NCBI GenBank assembly: GCA_000934665.2
Contig: KZ538474.1
Span: forward strand, 47,717 to 67,716
DNA from: Catajapyx aquilonaris
Lineage: Eukaryota
DNA: 20,000 nt
Direction of reading: 5' to 3'
The notes beneath the pieces are model-generated. The model ran no database searches, was not told where the DNA came from, and saw only the letters and a program-made list of their open reading frames with translations. Made by a program: the position numbers and the translations under genes. Positions 10,785 to 20,000 of the stretch are shown in pieces; position 1 is the stretch's first letter, and each line of letters begins with the position of its first letter.

Positions 10785-11967
10785 TGCAAAAACTATGGGG
10801 GCGTTAAAGGGACAAGCAAACTCCCCCAGAGGGACTGGGCCATCGTGAGGGAGAATGTAACTAGCGTGGGTGTCCAGTTTGTGAGGAAAAAGGTTACGAG
10901 GCGTGTCATGCAAGAGTGATGAAAAAATTATGATGAGAAGAATATTATGGCGACTTCTGACACCTGTGACATCATCCGGAGCTAGTTGCATCATTCCTTG
11001 TGATGTCATCGAGAGGTAATCGGAGACGAAGGTGATGGATTTATCGAGACGGAAGCACATCGGAAGTGATATGCTACTGACTCATAATACGTCTGATTGA
11101 GCGAATTGTACGGAGGCGATTGCATCACTTGAGGCTAAACCTCAACCTGACTGGATAGTTTCGTGAGCGACCTTTATATTCAGGAAATGACACATACCGC
11201 AAGAAAATTGGCGTTTCCGTCGGTCTGCAATAATAATAACGCCTACACACGAAAAGCTTAGTTACAGAAACTTGCACAAACAATAACGTATCTGGCCAAT
11301 CCCACCAGATACCATTATACCAATAGTTGAATAGAGTGTGCGAATTTATCAGTGAAATAATCCCGACCTTCACATTGTGTCTGAATGTGACAAAGGCACA
11401 ATAATATTGTGAGGTGCCAGTACATATTTTGGGCGGGTATTCATCATTGACTCACAGATGAGGAGAAAGTATTGTGTCCATCATTATACGAGTGGGCATA
11501 TGCATTTTCTTGAATCGGAAATCGCATTTTCAACAAGCAAAGATTGTGTAGTTAAAAAAACTGGTCACATAACCGCCCAATCGACATTCCTCCAACGTCA
11601 TTGTCATCGGTCCATCTGGAGGCTGTGACACTTCAGAACACATCTCTCTCCCCTTCGTCCGTCCCCCCCTCTTGCATTATACGAGTTGCCGAGGCGTGGC
11701 GACACACCCCAAGGGTCTGAAACAGGCCTCTCTGATGAAGCGTCGCGATACGTATTATGAATAATGACAGCGAGTAATCAGGCAGGCTGCCAAGTAGGAG
11801 GCCTTTCTTGGACCCAGTCCTAATCATTGCCGCTAAAAATAAAAGCTCTGGCCGAGAAATGTGTCAATGGGGATTTATCCCTTCAAAAATGTGGTTCCCA
11901 TGTCACCCACCCCTTTTGGCCTCCTATGTTCCTCAAGAGCAGAGTGCTCCGGGTGTGAATTGGCAAG

Positions 11968-12172
11968 GCACCCCATAATGCAATGGGGGTGCGATAAAAA
12001 AGCCCTCCCTCCCCTGCCTTCCCCTCCCCCCCAACCCCACACCCACCCAACCAGCCGCTTCAATGTCAAGTAAAGGACACGTTATCAATAGAGGGGGGGA
12101 GGGTAGGGAGGGCTTTAAGGGTATAGAGGGGATGTGGGGAGGTTCATAAATCAAGTGGGAGGGAGGGAGGGA
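11968..12172. other. C-rich/G-rich inverted arrangement with hairpin and G-quadruplex-like motifs
   Basis: Hairpin GCACCCCAT...ATGGGGGTGC (11968-11992); AAAGCCCTCCCT (11999-12010) is the exact reverse complement of AGGGAGGGCTTT (12105-12116); (GGGA)4 at 12157-12172. Confidence 0.6.
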
Positions 12173-13989
12173 TAGAACAGAACGGGTTCTAGGAGCTGGA
12201 CCCAAGCCAGGATTTGACTCCTACACGCTCCCACGTCGCTATTTCCAACCCCTGGCAGACACTTTGCATTTATTTCGCTCTACGAGCGAAGTGAAAAACT
12301 CCATACATTTTCCCGCCCTTTTGTGAGTCGTCACCTAACATGGCGGATTGGCGGCAAAAAAATGAATAGTACGACGCACTTCCCTTGTAATGGCGCGGGG
12401 AACTTCCATCCTGCCAGATATGTCACCATGGAAAGGCGTATGTACACCAGGTGGCGTGACGGTCAGGATAAAATGTCGCTGCTCAATAACCTGTAGAAGG
12501 CCAAGGTCAAGAACGTAGTTAGTGGCTGAAGAACCAACAAGGGCGAACAGTGGGCAGGATAGACGGACCCAAATTGGGCGCGAATGTTCTGGTATGGCGA
12601 CCGCGTCCAAAATAGTAAGAGGAAAAAGCAGTGCGGGGACGCCCACGTGAGAACCGCAATGCAGAAGGAAGAAGACAATATTTTTTTTTTTCCTTCACAG
12701 GAATGGGTTTGCCATTATCTTTCGAGATGATGTCACACACTAGGTCCAACCTTGGCTTCCAAGAAGCGGGCTTGTTTGTACCAACCCGCCTTTACCTCGG
12801 TCCAGCAATGCCCACGCACATGGCCGACACTTTTTTTTATGGCCTTATTATGGCATTTCCAACCCACAATTTGAGCTGGCAGACAAACTGCGCCTCTGAA
12901 ACGTCACGCATCAAATATGAAAATTGCAAAACTTGGGTTCGTCAACAAATGCAAAAATGCCTGGGGGCCAAGTCGCCATCTCTAGCACGCTACTTCCGAT
13001 TTGGCATCACGCGATGCTGATGGGTGCTTGGTGTGACCCGACTCGGAAAACCCCTCACCTTGACGGTACAGTCGTTAACTAATTGACATACCAGTTTTAC
13101 TGCTGTTTTTCCATCTAAAAACAAAAGGTATCGTACCGGTATACTCCGGTTTGGCTCGATGAAAATGAAAGGAATTGCGTTGACACAAGCAACTCGAAGG
13201 AAACAGAAATGATATAATAATTTTGCTTTTGCCTGGGTATATTTTCTTAGACTGAAAATAAATGGGTGCTGGCAATGCGTAGGCTATGTCTGACCAAATA
13301 AAAAAAAGAGGAGGAAACCGGAGTTTATCTCTCAACCTAAGCTTCTTCTGGGTCGGGATCATGGCCAAGTTTACGCTCAATGATGCGTGCTAATTTTACA
13401 CAGAGGATCAAACCAGCGCCAGTTTCCGATAGGATGAGCAATGACATTGAAAGTCAAACTCGTGAGCCTCCAAAAACTGGCATAATTATTGTTCAGGATA
13501 AATGATTGCCTCAGACCTCACGCGAGAGATAACAACAAGCGTATGGCCCATTACTTCATATTTCATTATGAAACTCCAACCCTATATATAAATCGTGTCT
13601 GTTATAATGTCAAAAATAAGCTGACTGCTGATTTTCCTTCTGTTTTAATGATGAGGGCGGTCCACTTGATAACTCTCCGAGGGTATTTTCGAGCCAGCAA
13701 CTTGGCAAGAAGTCCTCTTTGGCGCAATACTATAAGCACTACTCTCTGGCCGGACTCCAACATTGTGTGTGTGACTGCATTTATCCTTTTCTATTCCACC
13801 CAAACATACCGCAACTCCCACACGGCCATTCCATTTCACCCTCTTTAAAAAAAAACTTTAGGCCAACAGTACATAATAACCTTTGTGGACAAATCAGTCC
13901 ATGGCTACCGTTTATTCCAAGGGAGACCAGATGAGCTTAACCGTACCAACGACATTACCGTTTCGAAAAATCTAAGACCATGTTTGAAC

Positions 13990-14850
13990 AAGCGATAATG
14001 TAGGGGTATTCCACCGTGTGTCCAGAGTGCAGCAACCTCTTGGCCACCGAAAACGCGGGACTATAAAGCGGCGAACCAACATCCGGGACGTCAACCAGGT
14101 AAAAGTGGAGAAAGTGAGCTGACTTGTAGCCGAGGGTTTCACTTGCACCAGGCCACTAGCCATAAATCGGCGCAAGTATACCGACGGATGGCGCTCTACA
14201 TCCTTCCCATCGCATTATGGACTTTTACCATTTTCTGACACTATGTAAAGCGACTTTCATTTTTATTTATTTTTTGTCCTGGCAGACTGCTGCAGCTTAC
14301 GAGTAATATATGGGTCGCGCGTGCACACATCATACAGACATCATGAAGAAGATCGGCAGCAGGAGTGGTTGTTGCCCTCGTGACGTCACGGGAAGGCCGC
14401 ATCGCTCCCAGTGTAATATTACTCATATATACAGATGATACAGTAGTAGCTACTCCACTCTCACTTCCGCAAAGTCGGCCGCCCCCTCTTCAAAAGGGAA
14501 AGCCGACCGTTTTGCAGATGCCTGAAGCATTTTATGAAACACCTCGACATCCGCGCTTGGGTTGGTAGGACGGGGAAGGTCGACGTCGACGGATTGGAAT
14601 CGCACATCACGGAACGGGACTTTATTTCCTTTCACAATGGACAAGGTGCCAAATCTGCCCAATTGCATTGGCAGCATATCGCCAGGCCATGAAGGATACG
14701 ACCATACGTTCAAAAACATCGTTCAGTCACCTTCAGGGACGTCATGACGAAGGTCGCATGCCCAACCTATTACACTCGTTTTACCGTAACAATGTGACCA
14801 TCGATTTCGAATAACATCACGACTGCTGTGTGTTATCATACTTGAAACTA
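13990..14850 (+). pseudogene. pol: Reverse transcriptase (RVT_2, copia type) pseudo-domain of remnant E
   Basis: This is the only copy with a recognisable YxDD (YTDD, 14428-14439), preceded by the hydrophobic strand VILLI. It is flanked by *LVAEGF (TGA plausibly from CGA), MKKIG (14343-14357), FMKHL and FLSQ, with several stops and frameshifts. Confidence 0.72.
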
Positions 14851-15649
14851 GACGACAGCGTTCACGATTTTGCCTGTTTTTTTACTGCAGATAAAAGGTC
14901 GTCATTGACCCCGAGATGCACTGGACCTAAAATACTGACGCTGTGACCTTATGTACATATCTATTGACGTTACAAGGCACAATTATGGCATGCATGGGTT
15001 ACGAAAAACATCGTAATACTGTATATCGGTAGCCTCACGTGGGAGCTTCTGTGAAATCGGTAGACTCGATTTCAATAAAAACACTAGAAATTAGTGTAAA
15101 CATCCATAAAACATTTTTAGGTTATATGCCGTTTTTGTTAGTGTCAATAATCAATTTCTGAAAATGGCAATATTTGTTAATTGTGTCGTTTGTACAATAT
15201 ATTTTTAAAATTCTTTAGATGTTGATGTTATCAAAAACACGTACAACATTGTTTGAGGGTGTGTCCCCCAAAAAGGGCCAGGAAGCCCAATAAAACACTA
15301 GCGATACTAATTGAAGACTGAAATGCAGAACAATCCAAGTCATCCGGAATAATTTTAAGAAACGAGTTTATTTACAAACTTGGGCGTGCCATTTCTTTAG
15401 CGGAAAACTGATTCAATCATTAAAAAGTACGCACCAGTGACTACAACACACAATAATGTAGCATCTCAGATCTTCAATTACAACAAGACTCCTTGAACGA
15501 TACTAGAAAGTGACAAAAAAATGCAGCCTACATATTTCACAAGTGCCAAGTTGTTTCAAAATGTGCGTCTCATTAGCATATGTGACACCTGCTAGAAGGA
15601 TCTCCTTGGGGTTCAGGTTCCTAAATGGTTGCAATGTATGCCTCCCCCC

Positions 15650-15712
15650 TTCTTCTTCTTCTTCTTCTTCTTCTTCTTCTTCTTCTTCTTCTTCTTCTTC
15701 TTCTTCTTCTTC
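15650..15712. repeat. Perfect trinucleotide microsatellite (TTC)21 / (GAA)21
   Basis: Read directly: 63 bp uninterrupted, followed by degenerate CAC/TCC units to ~15740. Confidence 0.98.
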
Positions 15713-17316
15713 CACCACTCCTCCTCCATTACCTCCGCATACATTCATATAGCCACAGCACTAGGGTCCCCTCTATCCAACCACCAGCCAACACCAAGGT
15801 GCGGTTTGCTTACTTGGATGGCGCCAGCCAAGAGCACGATGGGAGGGGGGGAAATGATGGTGCTGGCCTTGGGAGGACGACTGGCGTTGCCGGTTTCGCT
15901 TTTTTCTCTTCTTCTACGATTCTTCTTCTTGCAAGGAGAGAGTTTCGGAAGACGGGTTCTGAAGCTTATACCCTGATGAGGCTGGACAGCTAACCTGGCC
16001 GCTTTTGTATTCAATAGGTCAAATGTGGGGTTCATCATATTGAAGCAGGTGTCAGGCAGGGTAGGTCAGTGGTCATTGCTGCAAATTCGAATTTTCCTAG
16101 CAGTATTGCCCAGAGGCAAGAAGGCAAAAAAAACCAGGTCCTAAATTAAGTCCCTGTCTGCTGTTAATTGAATAACTCCCAACCCTACTGACTGAACCGT
16201 CCACAAACACACACGTGGTGAACTATTCTGAAAAATAATCTCCGCCTCCAAATCTAATTTAGATGAAGTAACCAGTGTTGAAAGAGCTGAGGGTCTCCAC
16301 GATGCCAATATGCCTGCTCGTTTGTGCTCTTATTGGCTGTTTGAAACGAGAAACGGAGATGAAAGATGACCAAAAAAAAACACGTTCCGCTGTGCCCATT
16401 GCGGTCTCTACCAGACCCATTCCATATATTCTGATCTACACAATGCGCTGGGGGCATACGAGATACACTTGGCAACCCAGTCCTGGTGATGCTATCTGGA
16501 TGCCAGTAGGGGTGAGAGATGGAATGGTAGGTTTCTCTCCTCCCCAATTACCATCACCATCCTCAGTGGTGCGTTCTTACTATGCACTTACACGCTGCAT
16601 TTTCTACGCTATTAGCTTGACCCACTTGCATGTTTAGTCAAGGAGTCGGTTATAAAGCTACCAATTTCGAGGAACTAGATGGGGTGACTAGATTATCATA
16701 CAGCAGTATGCAATTTATACTATATATGTAGCAGGTTCAGCCCCGGGCTTTTATATCACGTAAAGATCAACAGGCTTATTGGACAGAATTTACGTCGCCT
16801 TAACACACTCATTTGTTAACCCTTTGCCGTTGCAAAACATAGTTGAGGGGTACTTTTTTGGAAAGTAGGTACACTAACCCACTTTTGTCCAAAGATATTC
16901 ATCGTCACCCAAAGGTGATAACCTAGACGACCAGACGCATCCTAAGTTTGCACTTTGGACAGTGCTAAGTCATTCAAGAGTGTACGTGCATTATTTTGCT
17001 CACGTTATGGACGTGACATGGGCGTCCGAAAAGATTTTTTTTCATAAGGTGTAATTACATACTGGACGAAAATGAATGTGGCCGTTTCACGCGTGGCCTG
17101 CCCACGCCCAGACATCCGCGAGCTCCCGTAGAGAGGGGCCATCCTCAGCCTTTACTGCCCCTATGGACCACTGACGCAGCTGTTGTGCCCCTCTGTTGCC
17201 CCCTCCATCCATCCCTCGCTGCAGCCTAACAGGGCCTAATCAGCTCCAATTGCGTCTCCCGAAGGGGACACACCGAGCTAGGAGGGGTGGGGACCCCACG
17301 CTCTTCCCACACATCA

Positions 17317-17332
17317 ACACACACACACACAC
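17317..17332. repeat. (AC)8 microsatellite
   Basis: Read directly. Confidence 0.9.
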
Positions 17333-17783
17333 CTCGCTAGGGTCATTAGGGAAGCGCCATTTACATGATTGTGTGCATTTATTTCTCTTGGCCCTTCGTC
17401 TGCACCAGACTTCTATTGTAAAACAGGACTCTTCAGCTGGTACGGATTCTCGCGTACAAACTACAGGGCCGGATGTTATGAGCGAATATGGCAGGTTGAT
17501 ATTTGTGTGGCTGTTAGGTTAGGTCAGATTAGGTCGACAGGATGTGATAGAGCTTACAATGTTTTCATATATATCTGAACTAAAAGAGTGAGCCACCCTA
17601 TATTCCAACCCAAAACGTGATAAGTTAGAGGGTGATACGACGCGACGCTTGTCAAAGTGCGGAGTTGTCATGACTTGCATTTGGCACACAGTACCTCAGT
17701 GGTATTAAGGTAAGGCAGTGGGTCAGGACTGCCTCATCAGCTTGTTTCAGGTATACTGTACACTGAGTTGCTCTAAAGAGGCA

Positions 17784-18155
17784 TCAGGAAATCATTATGG
17801 ATATCCCATCCGCAACAGAAAATGCAACTAAAATGCCGAGCGTACCATTTTTAAACGTCTTTTTTCGAAAATAGCTCAGATGCATTTTCTTATCAGCACG
17901 GTGTCCTAGTGGAAATTTCAAGGAACGCTTATCATTTGTATACTCGTATACATCCTGCATTTTCGCAGGCAGTGCATATCGTGACCACCACAACTTGCTC
18001 CGCGTTATCAAAGCTGTTTGCAAAACAGTGGTGCTGAATTGGCTGAAAACGTAATAGTCGTGGAGGTAAGACTTGTGTAAAAGTTTCCTGAATGGCAAAA
18101 CACATGCAGACATGGCGTCATCGCTTTCGGTCAAACTGCTGACCAGTATAGTCAT
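17784..18155 (-). pseudogene. pol: Uninterrupted 123-codon fragment of copia pol (integrase-RT linker plus RT N-terminus), remnant F
   Basis: The ORF-track protein contains SYLHDYYV, TTVLQTALITRSKLW and PLGHRA...FRKKTFKNGTLGILVAFSVADGIS, matching copia P.YL.DY / EP.T.QEAL...S.KW / P.G.KAI...FRKK...DG.V...KARLVA.G.S. Confidence 0.7.
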
Positions 18156-20000
18156 GAGAGTTCTGGCGTCATGACTTAGCTACACGTCATGGGTTCAATT
18201 ATTTCGCCACTAGATAACCTTTTATGTACAAGACTTTAATGACGTAAGTGGGTTTATCCGCGACGCGACGGTACTCAGTAAGGAAAAAAATAAAAGTTGG
18301 TAGACAGTTTGAAACGACTTTGGCGGATTTCTGTCACACAACCCTGCGTACGAGAAGAATCATTGGCACGTCGACCCGATTGGACAGTCGATTTTCAAGT
18401 TTAGAAGAACGACACAAAACAATGGGATTGTAAAAAAAAGTGTGCATGACGTTGTTTGGAAAGCTGCCACAGCATTGATTGAATGAGAAAAGTCTAATCA
18501 GCGAGGGTCACGTCGTGCATGCTCAGTTGCACAAAATAATGTTTCCTGAGGTCGGTTCTGGCTGCATCGTTCCTGCTTTTGTTCCAATAACGACCTCAAG
18601 GATTTACAGTAATCCAAATTGTATTAGTCAGCAGGTAAAAAAGACGGAAACCCAATTGTATGCCCACGGGTTCAAGTACCTATGATGTGCACTGCTGGTT
18701 GTGCAATTCCACCAAAAACGTCCATTAACAACACCAACAAAATTCCGAGAATGCAGTGAAAGTGCAGCCGCATAGAAAACCGGACTCTACATCAAATTCA
18801 CAAACCAGTTGGCAAGTTTTACTCTAATGTATCTACACTTATTATATTCACCTTCCAACCTCGAACGTGTTAGTCTCTAATTAAAAAGGGGTGGAAAGAA
18901 ATTGTCAGTGACACCAGCAAAAATCCCCCAATCTGGGGCATTATGATAATTATTGTGGTGTCAGGGGAACGGGGGGTGGGTTAGTGAAGGGGGCAAGCGG
19001 GGGCACTTTCACACGACACGTACACGAAGGGGGCCCCAGCTCCTCAAGGTAGAGAAAGGGGGCCAGTGGGCTTCCCAGTTCATTGGCACCACATTGACGA
19101 CATGGCAGAAAAGAAGCCTGTTTTGCTTTTGCTCAATCCACGTCGTTGAAGCCTTCGAACTTTCCCGCCTTGACCTTCTGCACTCATCTGACCGTCCCCT
19201 CTCTAAGTGCTACATAACTCCTGGTCACCTTGTTTGCTAATATGATTTATGGGCCCAACTTTCCAAGATATCGGATTATTGGGGGCATTATTATCGGGCT
19301 AATCTGACGGTGAGGTTCCATCCGAAGTCTGGTCTGGTCAACCTGCCTTTGTTGCCCATACCGAGTCTAATGGGTCTGGTTCTACTAGTTCACTACATCA
19401 AAGTCAAGAGTGAATTTCGCAAGGGGGTACCCCTGACAAAAAGGTCATGTTTTGTCCATCCAGCCATGTTCCATATGACTGAATGACAGTCTTGAAGCTG
19501 AGGTGTCCCAATAATGATGTCGCTTGCAATGCACGTTGGGCGTAAATAAATGGAGTTGTTGTCGACCAACCAGCAGGGGAAGGCATCTCAAGGTTAATCA
19601 ATGGGCGTCCAGTTTTCTCAACCAGGTGGGCGGATTAAAGAGTCTACACAAAAACGTGGACTGGTCCCATCAACTTTGTGAGCTTATCCTGTGAGGATAG
19701 GCCGTCCATGTATCAGCCCTGTTCTGCAGTTAGGATCAAACCTCAGGCTGAAACCTACGAAAAAAACAAAACAATGCCAGGTAATCATCACACGTTTTGG
19801 ACCCTGGTCACCAGGCCAGTTGGGGGAAACTGGACGCCCTTCGCACGGCCTACTGAATAAATCAGTGCTTGGCAATCCGGCGAATCTCGCTGTCGGTCTA
19901 GGGGGAAAAAAATAATAATGACTCTCCCCCCACCATCCCCATCCAAAAAATGATGGGACTGGTCTGAGAGGGGAAATAAGCGCCCATGGATAGTCCCCCC

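Larger units (their letters stand above)
7010..11300 (+). mobile_element. Decayed Ty1/copia pol remnant D (protease to RNase H; gag mostly missing)
   Basis: Plus-strand collinear motifs: VLDS (7169-7180; protease), IPDLRYHRYRLEAAGY (7646-7693; cf. IPDLRRNLIS...LE.AGY), *EIC (8028-8039; cf. CEIC), KPFQ (8121-8132), PKKSHQE...ATLQKGDT...RP (ORF 9452-9733; cf. EPKSYQEA...AL.KN.TW.LV.RP), TYAP (9779-9790), SPV/KMDTI (9806-9830; cf. SPVVKMDTIR), VPYSSPV (10503-10523; cf. VPYSSAVG), NYGG (10791-10802; cf. DADYGG), MATSDTCDIIR (10947-10979; cf. MA.TTCELIW). Confidence 0.7.
11370..15400 (+). mobile_element. Decayed Ty1/copia pol remnant E (zinc knuckle, protease, integrase, RT, RNase H)
   Basis: Plus-strand collinear motifs: frameshifted C-x2-C...H...C knuckle (11378-11417), FIIDS (11440-11454), VTLQN....P (11625-11654), ARYVT.....YTRW (12413-12454; cf. 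ARYFVTFIDDYTR), KQCGDAHVRTAMQK (12626-12667; cf. QQNGVAERMNRTLMEK), GLPLSF (12706-12723), PSL....FG (~12976-13005), S*LVAEGFT (14117-14143; cf. ARLVAKGFT), VILLIYTDDTVVA (14413-14451; RT YxDD), LKHFMKHLD (14522-14548; cf. F.MKDLG), IGI...YFLSQ (14593-14637), VLSYLK (14830-14847), YLLTLQG (14958-14978), VNNQ (15143-15154; cf. DNQ). Confidence 0.78.
16050..20000 (-). mobile_element. Decayed Ty1/copia pol remnant F (protease to RNase H; gag presumably beyond the window end)
   Basis: Minus-strand collinear motifs: QNV..LPG (~19799-19775), LGHLSFKTV (19511-19485; GAG-pre-integrase), PLDSV (19373-19359), GKVRRL (19166-19149), VFGGIAQPAVHI (18719-18684; cf. VFGCIAYVHI), LNPWA (18675-18661; cf. LDPRA), HDVTLAD (18517-18497; cf. 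RDVTFDE), SYLHDYY, TT..Q.AL...SKLW and PLGHRA...FRKKT..NGT....VADGIS (ORF 18155-17784), QMQVMTT (17683-17663; cf. QMDVKTA), IYMK (17574-17563), IAY/AV (16714-16699), DGNWGGE (16555-16535; cf. DADWGGD), SEYM (16434-16423). Confidence 0.8.

Noticed and set aside
10377..11060. Longest ORF (227 aa, minus strand) as a real gene
   Set aside because: It is the exact antisense frame of the + strand copia-like frame (VPYSSPV, NYGG, MATSDTCDIIR) and has typical shadow-ORF composition with no recognisable domain.
3149..14590. Perfect 12-bp palindromes at 3149, 6806, 14379 (contains TGACGTCA) and 14579
   Set aside because: About five are expected by chance in 20 kb (20000/4^6), and they share no sequence.
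4022..15350. ATCCGGAAT recurring four times (~4022, 8744, 10488, 15342)
   Set aside because: Irregular spacing, no flanking similarity, and not convincing after allowing for the number of possible 9-mers.
10285..15590. Possible diverged LTR pair (~10285-10362 vs ~15460-15590; shared aatgcag, ctcat..tgacac)
   Set aside because: Only scattered 5-7-mers needing many gaps, and the left copy lies inside the inferred RT of D.
15503..16038. Poly-E/S/L/F ORFs as genes
   Set aside because: Artefacts of the stop-free (TTC)21 repeat and adjacent low-complexity sequence.
17514..17535. TTAGG units as an arthropod-type telomeric repeat
   Set aside because: Only two adjacent units plus one nearby; too short to support a call or a taxon inference.
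19246..19258. TTATGGGCCCA resembling a copia-type PBS (GGTTATGGGCCC)
   Set aside because: It lies inside the integrase of F in the wrong orientation, with no adjacent LTR end.
1..20000. CRISPR array, tRNA/rRNA genes, prokaryotic operon or viral gene cluster
   Set aside because: No regularly spaced direct repeats, no recognisable RNA-gene motifs and no long ORFs were seen.

Overview
This looks like eukaryotic DNA with no intact gene: no ORF in the track encodes a complete protein, and I see no rRNA, tRNA or CRISPR array. Reading across stop codons and frameshifts, almost the whole 20 kb resolves into six heavily decayed Ty1/copia-type gag-pol remnants. Each shows motifs in the diagnostic copia order (zinc knuckle, protease, integrase, RT, RNase H): A ~1-280 (+, RNase H tail), B ~740-1970 (-, RT/RNase H), C ~2050-6780 (-, gag to RNase H), D ~7010-11300 (+, protease to RNase H), E ~11370-15400 (+, knuckle to RNase H) and F ~16050-20000 (-, protease to RNase H, running off the window). 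I could not identify LTR pairs, a PBS or target-site duplications, and the copies abut with very little spacer. G/C-skewed low-complexity tracts, a perfect (TTC)21 and a few hairpins interrupt or separate the copies. All matches were made by eye against remembered copia consensus motifs and boundaries are approximate (+/-100 bp). Individual motifs are weak; the support is their collinearity and strand consistency. I see no evidence of a new functional system. The decay is so uniform that a simulated or very noisy sequence cannot be excluded.
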